Assembly (NCBI GenBank): GCA_965644295.1
Contig: CBFFRP010000394.1
Location: 1 to 64,000, forward strand
Origin: Paraphysomonas bandaiensis
Taxonomy: Eukaryota > Protista > Chrysophyceae
Reading direction: 5' to 3'
Length of the DNA: 64,000 nt
This document shows, one piece after another, positions 12,329 through 24,364 of this stretch. A program made the position numbers and the translations under genes. How positions within the stretch are numbered: position 1 is the stretch's first letter; each line of letters opens with the position of its first letter. The notes beneath the pieces were generated by a model, which did no database searches, was not told the DNA's origin, and worked only from the letters and a program-made list of their open reading frames with translations.

Positions 12329-13024
12329 TATTGTTAGAATGGTAAAGGCTTACTTAACTGTATTTACTTAAGTATTGACTGATTTATATTGAGGGAGATA
12401 TAGTGAAATTATGATGTTATAGCACTGTGATTTAGGAACCACGTCATTCACCAACATCAACATTCTGTTCTACAAATCGTATCTTTAACAGCTACTATAT
12501 TTTCATTTTCTTTGTATACTTGTAGTAGCTACTCCTGTATATTCTGTATTTCATTGCTATATAGAATACAAGATAGCTACTAGCGATTGGCTCTACCAAA
12601 CTTCAAGTACGCACGTCGGAATTGGCTGTAGTTCAATAAACTGAACGTAATTTATACTCAATGCTTTAATTAGAAATAATGATCAATCTCATTTATCATT
12701 CATTGTCTTTTGCCAAATTCATGTTACATCTCAACTACCAATCAATTTTCATACGATCTTATACCTTATACACAGTCAATATGTTTCACTACTATTATTC
12801 CTATTATCTCAACCTCATGTAATACAGTTTATCACAACTGTATTCTTGCATGTGCGTAACGGTCATAATTTAATTGCTCTAAAAAAGCAAAACTCAACAC
12901 TTGATGGAGGACCCCTTTTTCTGGCGAGGTTATACTCTTTTAATTTAAACAACACTAGAAATGTCCTGAAAGAAAGAAATTATATGAAAACAGCCATTCT
13001 ATAAAACACTATCACAAACACTTT

Positions 13025-16000
13025 CTAAATACTGTTACTCAATTGTAATACTCCAGAACAATTCAATTGGACAGAGCTACTACCACAGTTCACATAATCT
13101 AAAATTGTTTGGCTCTCACAAGGTTTATCCAATTTCTTCGCGAATCCAACTTTCTTAGGCCATTCGTAAGCATACGTCCAGCCGTGTATACTTGTGCAGC
13201 CCATACAAATATAACTGGAAGTCTGCAGTGCCTTAATATCCTTTTGAGTACGAATGCCGACGCAATCATAGTGATACCATGTCCCGCAGCTATCACATTC
13301 AACCATTGGATACCCATCATCACCACCGCGACACCAACAGTATACCTCTGCACCAGAATTACAAATTTCGTTGCGGTTTTCAGATGACAGTGCAGTGCCT
13401 GCAACCACGATACTCTTTACTTTAGCATGAGCGTACTCATGTGTTACGTCAATATTTATTATACTAAGTTTATCAACCGCACTACATATATCAATTGCAT
13501 CTTCAAGACTGCAGCATTCGCGTGCGCGCTGCAGAACACTCGTTGCTAATTGCGTTCGGGAGGAAAGTGTGTGCATCTCTTCAGATTTTGAACATACACC
13601 TAGTTTTCTTCCAACATTGATATGCTTTTTCAGTTCTAGAAGTGATGCCCGTTTCAACAAGGATTTCTTCAGGCACAGTTTCCATATTTCACGTCGTACC
13701 GATTTAACTTCTTGGGGACATACACACAACATTCTGAGGTCCACATAGGCTACCAGAAGAGATTTCAGCACAGCTACACTCAGACAACTTTCAGAATTTT
13801 CGCAGCCACTGCATTCAATGCATTAGAAGTGAAATATAGGCAAAATTAACACGTACATGCTATTATCATTCTCCGCATTACTAAAATTTATGAGAGGTCG
13901 CACTTTTTCTTTCCACTCTTCTACATAGCGGACGACTAATCGCAGCAGTAACGAAACAGGCGTCTATGAAGCAATTGAGTACTGAGAAATACCTAAGTTC
14001 TATAAATATCTCACCTGCCGAAGTTCCAGAGTTTCCTCTACTAAAAAGAATTCTTGTAATGCCTCGTACGACATCGAAACCATTAATGACATCTCCGAAC
14101 TAATATCGTCCGTAGAGATCGATACTTGTTTCCGTTGTACGTATCTGTGCCACTCGAATTTGTCTATATTACAAAAATTATTCGCGTCGTTTCCTTGAAA
14201 CTGGCACAGTGGACAATTAAACTGTATTTGCTGGGCCCGTGGCAGTCGTGCTCTCTTCTTTTTTCTAAACGTGTAGGCACTAGATGACGCATTAGCGCAC
14301 TGTAAATGGTACCAGCAGAGACACTTGTCGCATTGCACCATTTCAGAATATTCTCCTTGATCATCCGGTAAGCAGCAAAAACAATGCAGTTCAGCTGTAT
14401 CCTTCAGCGAACTAGTTTCTGTTCCTTCAATATAACTATGTTCATTGACCATACTGGAGGATGCCTCCAACATATTTCGCCTGTGAATGTACTGATTAAG
14501 TCTAGCTTCAAGGAGCTCCGTGAGAAAAAAAGCCTCGATATCTACGTCAACTGCATATCTGGATGCCAGTCGCTCTATATTCCTCCACAGTGGGGATAGT
14601 ATACGACCTGACTTTAGAGTCAACGTATCTCGTCTCACCGTCAAAATACATAGCACATTCTTAACCCACACTGTGTACTCCTTTATCGCCAGCAGTAGAC
14701 GCTCACCGACAGAGCACCGAAGTGGAAGTGCATCTATCATCGCCTCTACTACCTTAGTTACTTGACTCCACTCAAGGGCTCTTTTCTTTGTCTTTTCCCT
14801 TCCACCCTCTTCGATGAAGAAACCGCGCAGTGAGGAAGTCACCTTCTCCACTGCTTTAAGTGCACTTTCCGCGCGACCACAAACACTGTCTACCCTCACT
14901 CCTACCGGGGCAGCAGATAGCATAAGTCGTAGCTCACTTTCTTCAAGAAGCACATCGTTAACTGTCAGGGCCTTTTCTATCCCAGCAGCCCACTCACGAC
15001 AGCGGGAGATTGTCTGCACCACAGCCGCATACTCCGCCGTTTCTACAAGCGGACACGCAACTTCTACCCCTTGTGCCTGACTCTTTCTCTTTCGCCTCGC
15101 TCTCGTAGAGCTAGCGCGGGCTGCGGCAGCCGAATTATCTAGATTGTGGGCAAGGGCCACGTGTTCTTCCATAGACTTAAGAGAACGGACTCGTCGCTGC
15201 CCCCTTGGCGCTGAGTCTGCGGCACAAGTAATCAGAACTCGAGCAGTCTCTAACCAGCATTCTCGTGGGTGCAAATCGCGATTCACTCTTCCACCAACAG
15301 TTCCACAGCAAAATGTTGCTCCACAACAGCATTTCTGACGCTTTAAGTTGTGCATTACTACATCCAGTCCGTCTTGATAGTACTGGTAGTTGTATGTAAG
15401 CTCTGTCCCAGATGACACAGGTTTAATCGTCACCAACACTACTCTTGGTTCACCATTCACACTCCATTTTTGGAGGACACAGTTAGGATCACAAGAGTGA
15501 TTCGCAAATCTCGCCTGACTCCCCATGGTGGCAGCATCTAGTATTAATCCCCCCTGCAGGGCGGCAAAATAGAAGCAATCATTTGCTTTGTAGTTTGCCA
15601 TACGCCGATGACACTCAGCCGCAGTGATTACCTCACCGCAGTACTCAATAACGATCTTTCCAGCAGGAATACATTGAACTGCATATAGCCCATAACCACA
15701 CGAATCTGTCTCAAATACCTCTACATCAGGGAAGTCCCCTCTCTGAATAACAGTATTTCTGCAATATTGTTGACCATCTTTAAGAGTTGGGCAACAGTCT
15801 TTTGAACACTCCCTAGCTACATACATTAAACACTGATATATTCATAAAAGGCTCATATATACATATCTATCAGAGTATCACTATACATATAGTGACATGT
15901 ATACATACATATGATCCATATACACATATATGTCGATATACTTACATCAGTAACTGTGCATTATGACAATATTCATCACATCCTTTTTCAATTGTACAAC

Positions 16001-16196
16001 AACATGGTGTTGAAGGTTCTACTGGAAACACTGATCGACTAATAGGGAAGGTGTATTTATTATCTGTGATATGACGATAATTGAATCGTTTAGGCTGGTG
16101 TCTCCAGGACACTGGAAGCTTGAAGTCTTCTTCTTCTTTTTTTAAATTGTTTAGAAGATTCTGAAAGAAGGGGCTATTTGGTTGGGGATCAGACAT
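13025..16196 (-). CDS. Histone-lysine methyltransferase, AWS-SET-postSET (ASH1/NSD/SETD2 class) plus two PHD fingers
   Basis: GYGLYA..IEYCGEVI..ARFANHSCDPNC..ELTYNY; post-SET CCCGATFCCG; PHDs HCFCC..MVQCDKC..WYH..C and YCWCR..CDSC..WYH..C. Intron 15945-15813 is in frame; further introns lie near 13.8-14.0 kb. Confidence 0.9.
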
Positions 16197-16262
16197 GACT
16201 AAGATGTGGATGAGACTGACATTAACCTAACTGACACACATCATATCCATATATGACACACA

Positions 16263-16391
16263 CATACATACATACATACATACATACATACATACATACA
16301 TACATACATACATACATACATACATACATACATACATACATACATACATACATACATACATACATACATACATACATACATACATACATAC

Positions 16392-16422
<31 letters not shown>

Positions 16423-16598
16423 CATACATACATACATACATACATACATACATACATACATACATACATACATACATACATACATACATACATACATACA
16501 TACATACATACATACATACATACATACATACATACATACATACATACATACATACATACATACATACATACATACATGCATACATACATACATACATA
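16263..16598. repeat. (CATA)n microsatellite, ~335 bp
   Basis: Seen directly; starts ~65 bp upstream of the SET gene ATG. Confidence 0.99.
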
Positions 16599-17723
16599 AA
16601 GTGCGAGGCATTTGATGCAAATATCCTGAAAATTGATTTTATAGAGGGGGTTTTCTGGATACTGTATATACTGCTGTATATATATACTCTGCTGATATAG
16701 TATAGATATGATCCAAGTGTGGTCATAAGACCTTGGACACCAACCAGACCAGTACATCAAGGACATAACTGACTAACTTGTTCACACTCTCTGTTCTACT
16801 ACACTCATGAGTTGCTCACAATTCTTCACAATTCATAAGTTGCGGGTAAGATTAACAAACAATATCGAAAGATGGATGTTTTACAGGTATGTTCTTCATT
16901 GCTACTATCCCTTCCTAAATTGTTACACCTCTTATAGACGTATGACCTGAGGTTGGCTGTTCAAGTATTGGACATCATTAAACACTTACCACTTTTCAAT
17001 GGCAAACCTCCCGGCATCAAGAAAGTTCGGGAGCGTATCGCCAACAACATTGGCCTACCTGATGTGAGTGTATCAGAAATCCTCCTCAATCTAGTAGCTG
17101 AGGAACTCTTAGTAAAGATGAACCATGACTTCGTACGTAAAAATAAAGATGGAACAGATTTCTATGTATTCTACGAATCCTACAGCCTCACAGACAAGGG
17201 AATGATACTGTTGTAAGCTAATAAAAATGATTAACTTATCACTCATAACACATATCTGCATGTAGCATTGATACTGTAGTTCCTGCTCCAACAAGGGCTG
17301 CTTCCCCTGTCCCATCCACATTCAAGAGCGCTGATCCTTCCCCTACTTTCGGTCCGGCTCTAGCTGCCCCTGCCCTTGTGAGGGCTGTGACTGCAGTGTG
17401 CTCATTTGATATGTCAGTCACATGTCAAATCTTTGTCACATATCTATTTTACGTGTGATGGATGCATTAATGTAGGGTCGGTGGTGCAGATTGTACAACG
17501 ACTGGTCTTCGCGATGTTATATCTTTACAACGGAATTCTCTGAAGGAGAGGATCGCCAGGTTATATCCTTACTTACATCTGAATCCAATAATAACCTGAT
17601 GATCCTAATAGAAAACCCCCTCTCCTTAATTTTCAAAAACCTGGATATTTGCATCAAATGCCTCGCACTTGGCACCGAGCCGTGAAAACCCCCCAAAAGT
17701 GCCTCACACTCGGCACCGGTCCC
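16599..17723. mobile_element. Non-autonomous TIR element inserted in a (CATA)n array
   Basis: Perfect 28-bp IR (16599-16626 vs 17643-17670) plus a 14-bp IR (16643-16656 vs 17610-17623). The right end has TGCCTCRCACTYGGCACCG twice and ends GGTCCC, after which CATA repeats resume (17724-17745). Confidence 0.75.
16872..17216 (+). CDS. 97-aa putative winged-helix protein inside the TIR element
   Basis: ATG 16872; GT-AG intron 16887-16937 joins MDVLQ|TYDLRLAVQVLDIIK in frame. Pattern VSEILLNLVAEELL..YSLTDKG resembles the wHTH recognition helix and wing. Confidence 0.6.
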
Positions 17724-18782
17724 TACATACATACATACATACATACACACATATATACAAACTGCTGTGGATAATAGCATCAGTTTCGATTGAATAAACA
17801 TGAAACCGGTAGTTGTGACAATGCCGCTTGTGTTGCGCTGTTGGGAAGAATGTGTTCAATGTGCTAGAAAACGGCACTTGGTGCCATTGATCTTAAGGCA
17901 CGAGAGGTATTTTTTGCACAGTGGCTCATTGCGGGAGCTATCTACTAAGCTTTGATGTACCGCTAGCACCTAAAGATCGCTGGCACCAATGCTTTGATTG
18001 TATGAAGGGGTTCCTCTAACGATATATAAGTACATTCGGTGATATGAAGCGGTCAGAGGAGTAAACGGTCATACGCTCTTTGTCATATCATAAGGTTCTA
18101 TTATAGTGTGCTAGAGCACCCTTAAGGTAGCGGCGGAAATAATGCACTAGCAGTATAAGTCAATTCAAAACAGTGTGCAGATGTTATGTATCCATATTTT
18201 CAACATTTTGTTGGTTTAGATTGCTAAAGAAAAATTATGTCGTTAGACAAGATAGATACGATTACTATTGCATACAAAATTGTGCGTTGTGATGTACGAT
18301 ATATCAACAAGATAATTGTATATTTTTTCATGTCAATCGATGATCAACTTCCGTATCTTGAATTGTCATGATACTTTATTTTTATGTTTATAGCTACGTA
18401 TTACAGTTTTTCACATTGAGGTATTCTACAGTTCTATCTTTGAGAAACATGCGTATTCCAACAATCCACATGTTATGGATTAGTCAGAAATTCAACTGAA
18501 AATCTTCGGAGAAGTACACTGTATTAAGCAGTAAGTCGAATACAGTATAATAATACTGGATGCATATGGAACGTAGCAGCGTAAATTGCACAGGTTCTGT
18601 TGATCGAATATTAGTTAGCAGATCATACAAAATCACAATATTTGCCCTTTCAAACACTAATATTGAACATCGAAGTATAAACTAATGATCAAATATCACT
18701 TTTCTAGACAGTAAAATAACATTCTGTACATATAATAAAAAATAGCACAACTAGGCCAAGCCGGCTCTCATTAAACGGTGCA

Positions 18783-21220
18783 TTAATCGCGTGTTTTCGA
18801 TGTCATCAGCAACTTTAGAGTTTTGCCATAGCACATTAAGGTCCGTATTAGTTCTAAATAAGTAATAGAGTTACAAGTGCGCATATTTTGTTCATGGTTA
18901 TACCTGTTGATGGCATTTAGCAGCATAGACAAATTGTCATCAGATACGGTTAACGTAAAAATAGATGAGTTCGATGATATATTTTCACTCGATCTACCGT
19001 TAGAATTACTATGAGAAAATAAGGACAACAATGAAAATGAACTCGACGATGGAGGGTTCATATCTTCAGCTGATATAAGGTCTCCTCCAATTCGTGCATA
19101 TGATCCAAAGGAGTTTTCATGAAGTCGAATATTGGCTTCGGACGTCTGCTGTCGAATCGGTAAAAATAGCGACTCTTGTAGCACCAAGCAGCTCACGCAA
19201 AAACCACGCATGTCCCTTTCGCCCGAAAACAGGGCAGATACTGACGAGTCATGAGAAAATAATTTCGGTGACATGGAGCCTTTTGACACATAAACAGAAT
19301 ACGTGGGTATTAGGGACGAACTGTTGGCCGAGAATACATTTAAATTAAGCAGTCGAAAGAGCCGTTCCATCTGCGGAAAGATATGAACAACATGCAGTCC
19401 AGCTGAGAACCCACCTTCGAAATGTCTATTTGTCCATCTTCCACCCAAGGAGATGATGTTTCCAAAAGTACTATATCTCGTAGTAATACCTGAAACGAGG
19501 GGTCATAACCGGAAAATGTACTCATCACACAAACCTGAATACAAGGAATTCGGGCCTGACCACGAACTGCGCGAAAACTTTTTCTATAATTTGCATAATT
19601 GTCGGCTGGGTCGCAGAGCTGCATATATCTGTAAGTAAAACAGGACACACGCCATTGTTCATGTACACTCACCGCACTATACTCCTCAAACAGGCTCTTC
19701 TTGTGCGCAGAAACTCCGCTCCAGGCAGATGAGAGATGCTTTATTGCCGGTAGGTCTATGCATATAGCATTAAATTAAAAAAAAGATATAATGTATCAAT
19801 ACATACTTAAGGCAGACATAATCTGGAATACCGTATTGAAGTTATTTAGCTTCAGTGCATGTCTGGCTGCTCTCAGAAAATATTCTATGCATGCAGAAAT
19901 AGATCCCTCTAGAGTGCCCCGATGAATGATCTCATCAGCTATCCAAGCAATTCGCTGATTGGTTGACTGAATAAGCCTGTTGAGGTGTGCGCAGCCCCCT
20001 AGATCAGGGTGCACTGGTTTCAATGCCGCCTGTGTCCAACGCATACATACCAGCTCACGCGGCCGCAAGGTGAGGATTCCATCCTCCAGTTCCACAACAG
20101 TCAGCATATCCGCCAGTTCTCTGTATGAGAATTGTTTAGTAATATCTCTGCCGCGACTAGTACCATCGGAATGATCTGAAGGAGGGCGGAAGCTGTGATC
20201 TACAGCGGCAGCTGTACTTACTGAAAGAGTGCGCGTACGAGATCGAGGCGAGACCTCAGGCGGAGGTGGGGCAGTCGATGTAGCACATTTGGTAGGAGGA
20301 GGACCAACGGCACTGGATTCCGATTTTCTTCTAGATGCAGCCTCACTGCATACACACGGTAGTGAATAAATAGGATACATCACTTGAAGCATTTGTCCTG
20401 TGTACCTCAGGCGCACTGTCGCGAGTGAGTGTTCCGACGTCATGTGCTCACTGTAGTTCGCCTTCTCTACCGCAGCAGCGCAGTAACCAGTAGACGAAGT
20501 CTCGACAACAGTTGCAGAGAACCGGGAATCATCACTCACTGACTCAGCAGTGCTACTTAGGACCAAAGCAACACGAGAATCATAGCTGCCTCTCACATCG
20601 TTACCATCGCTGTTCGCTCGCGCCAAATCCTCAACATACCGCTTCAAGCATACTTCAATATTATCCCTTTCTTCCACCAGAATGTCCAATTGCTCCTGCA
20701 TCACAATTACCTCATAGCAATAATATTTCCTTAACAACTCACTTTCACTTTTAATCCGGCTGCTGACAATACAGCGGTTCCACAAGATATGACCTCTTCA
20801 GTTAAAAACACAGAGAGCTTTTCCTGAATAAGGAGTCAGTATAACCAAAAAGAAATAATCATATACACAATACCGATGTTTGTTCTGTACCAAGATCAGC
20901 ATGAGCAAATGTTTCTCGTAGCCAGCATCGTAATATAATAAGTATATTCATTTGACAACTTACTGTTATATATGTCACATGAAACCCATATGTATCTTCA
21001 TGAATACAGTACCTGAACTACAGTGCTTCTTATAAGCGTCTATGAGTTTAGAGAGGAATATCACAGGGGTTGAAAAGGACGGTAGAAATAACAGTACAGG
21101 CATGAGTAGATCATAGTTAAATACAGGGTCACATAACACCAACTCGATGAGATTATCGAGAGATATCATGCGAGGTATTAGACGGGAGCCGATAGATATA
21201 TCAGTAGAATGAGTATGCAT
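18783..21220 (-). CDS. Ras guanine nucleotide exchange factor (REM-like + CDC25 domain), multi-exon
   Basis: LNNFNTVFQIMSAL, NYANYRK, RIPCIQ|VLLRDIVLLETSSPW..GQIDISK; N-terminal SLDNLIELV..FSTPVIFLSKL. Start codon uncertain (21220 or 21169). Confidence 0.85.
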
Positions 21221-21305
21221 GGTTAAGTGTGAAGTGGAATCATGTTAGGAGTGAGAGTGATAGAGTGAATGATATTAACAAGTGAGATGATACACTCTAC
21301 AGTGC

Positions 21306-21439
21306 TGTATGTATGTATGTATGTATGTATGTATGTATGTATGTATGTATGTATGTATGTATGTATGTATGTATGTATGTATGTATGTATGTATGTATGT
21401 ATGTATGTATGTATGTATGTATGTATGTATGTATGTATG

Positions 21440-21471
<32 letters not shown>

Positions 21472-21609
21472 TGTATGTATGTATGTATGTATGTATGTAT
21501 GTATGTATGTATGTATGTATGTATGTATGTATGTATGTATGTATGTATGTATGTATGTATGTATGTATGTATGTATGTATGTATGTATGTATGTATGTAT
21601 GTATGTATG

Positions 21610-21641
<32 letters not shown>

Positions 21642-21783
21642 TGTATGTATGTATGTATGTATGTATGTATGTATGTATGTATGTATGTATGTATGTATGT
21701 ATGTATGTATGTATGTATGTATGCATGTATGTATGTATGTATGTATGTATGTATGTATGTATGTATGTATGTATGTATGTATG

Positions 21784-21815
<32 letters not shown>

Positions 21816-21838
21816 TATGTATGTATGTATGTATGTAT
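21306..21838. repeat. (TATG)n microsatellite, ~530 bp
   Basis: Seen directly; between the divergent RasGEF and Psf2 starts. Confidence 0.99.
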
Positions 21839-21953
21839 AGGTAGGTTGGTAGGTAGATATGTACATATATTTATGCTAGTGTTGTTTGCACAGACAGGCA
21901 TAGCAGTGCAGGCGCATCTCACTATCCTCCACACACCACATTCTCAACTGATA

Positions 21954-22912
21954 ATGTCCTCTGGTTTACAACTCAACCAAATCAGTGTCTCAGAGAATGA
22001 ATTTCTTGCAGAAGAAGAATTAATATGGATATCTCCTCGAGTAAAACACCCTCAGCTCCTCCTCCTATCGGTACATACATACATACATACATACATACAT
22101 ACATACATACAGAGATAACAACAAGTATTAACTATGGTATATTTATATAGGGGAATTTTGGACCTTTTGAACCCTATGTACCTGTTCAAGTCCCTTTATG
22201 GCTAGCTATTACACTGAAGAAGAAGGAGAAGTGTACCATAGTAATCCCTCAGTGGATGTCTGTAGGTAATATATGGGCTTCAGATCAATCCATTGTAGTC
22301 ATGTTATCCTGAACAGAGTCACTGGAGGCGGCTGTGAAAGAAGAACGAACATCTCCTGACTTATGTAACTTACCATTTCACTATGTTGAAATTGCTGCAG
22401 CCTTATTGAAAAAGTAAGTATCAACACTGTGTTTTTCATAGTAACCATATTGTAGTTGTCAGGATGAAATACTTCAACCAGATAAGGTATCAGCTCTATT
22501 ACAGGTAAGTTTGTATGCTTTGAATATGCTGTTTTTATACTTTCTAGGATCTGGAAAATATACGGGCTGACAGATTACGGATGGGCATACTCTCGATAGC
22601 GTCGTCGGCATATACGTACACTGCACAGGTACTGGTGGTTCTAGTTTTTTGTATCACAAATAATAGTACCACTTTGGGTTTGTAGCTGAACAATATTTCA
22701 TCACTCGAGATTCTTTCCATCAAGGGGTTGTTAGTGGAGGTATGAATATGTGTATTGATATCGAAGTGTTGACGTGGTGAATATAGTCCATGGGAATGTT
22801 TGATAACATAGCATCGGCTCGAAAAGAAACAAATGAAAATTCTGGTGGTGATATGTACCATAGAACAGGAGGATTTAATTCCAGGCCTCCCCTCAGACAA
22901 TCAAGAAACTAA
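21954..22912 (+). CDS. PSF2: DNA replication complex GINS subunit Psf2, multi-exon
   Basis: Spliced translation ENEFLAEEELIWISPR..GNFGPFEPYVPVQVPLWLAITLKKKEKCTIVIPQWM..LPFHYVEIA..LLQDLENIRADRL..LNNISSLEI matches Psf2/GINS2. The ORF track misses most of it because of many short introns. Confidence 0.93.
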
Positions 22913-23266
22913 CCTATGTATTGTGTTCTAGTTTTTGACTATTTATATCAGATTATACGTGTTTGTTTTAGTGAAGTTGAGAATAGTTATGTTTTTTCTG
23001 TTTAATAAGCAAGTGCTCTCAAGTTTTAGCGTGTAAAGTATATTCGGCGAGAGTAGGCGTCAGTCGTCCGCTTGAATAGTAGAATCTAGAATCAACATAT
23101 TGCATTATCTGTGTTGTGAAAATATTTCATGAAAACTATTGACACGATTCGTACTAACAATACTATTGCCGCATATCTTTTATTAGTAACTTGCTTATTA
23201 ATGAATGCTGATTGAATTATAATAGACTTGCTATATACTATATAATATATAAACTGTAGATTCTAT

Positions 23267-24071
23267 CAGGGATAGGGAACAATATATTGCAATACTATTG
23301 TTAGGTAGCGTTCCATCAATAGTATTGATGGATTTTTTAAACCGGCCCTACAATACTATTGCAATATATTGCAATATATTGTACAATATATTGCATCATA
23401 TTAGTATGACTAATCAGTAAGTAAACACATCCGTAGTTTTCATTTTTAGTACTTGCCATATTTTATAAGGTCTAAGGTCACTTGATAATCAAACCCACTA
23501 CTCCTAACTAATTAAAAGTTTCCTCATACTCATCCTCTGAGCCATCATCGGTGACATCATCATGACCATATTCATTCAATATTGATTGAAATATGCTTGC
23601 ATTCAATATTGATTGAAATATGCTTGTTCGGGACACCTTCGACCGGACTCCAAAAACAGCGGTAGATGTCCCTACTTTTGTATGCACTCATCATTCAGTT
23701 GTCTCTTCTTATCACTATAGGATATATATACTATATTAAGAGAAGTACTGTACATACATGTGGAGAGGTGTAGAGTGCCGTTCGAGCTGGCGATATATAA
23801 AAAATAGAAAATAACATCAAAAATAGGCTTTTTTTCTTATTTTCCGGATATTTGTATACAGAGGCGTATATTTTGCACCATACAGTTAAGGATCTTCTCT
23901 TATATGACTATCATAATATTGATTGCAATATATTGCAATAGTATTGTGAGCTCTATTAACAGAAACACTATTGATGGAATATTTGACCAGTCCACCAATC
24001 AATATATTTTACAATATATTGCAATATATTGTACAATATATTGCAATACAATATATTGTTCCCTATCCCTG
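23267..24071. mobile_element. hAT-type MITE, 805 bp
   Basis: Perfect TIR CAGGGATAGGGAACAATATATTG; exact 8-bp TSD GATTCTAT (23259-23266 and 24072-24079); subterminal CAATATATTG/TATTGCAATA palindromes; no transposase. Confidence 0.93.
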
Positions 24072-24364
24072 GATTCTATTAAACATGGCATCTACACATG
24101 TCATGTTTGTTAAAATTTAACTTGGAGCACTGGAAATTGTATTTTTTAAATTCATTTTTAAGTAAAACTACTTCCCAAACAGAATAATATATACTGGCAT
24201 ACGACATATAAGTTATAGACATGCATGATATGAATTGCATTGGTACTTCCACGTTCACAGCTATTATACCAGTAGACCAGTGCACGCAATTAATTCACTT
24301 AAAACTAAAAAGCACTGATCCAGAGTGTTCTATTTCAAACTAATTGAAATATGAGATTTCATAT

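Noticed and set aside
12332-12470. A third LTR starting TGTTAGAATGG
   Set aside because: No partner copy, defined end or TSD could be established.
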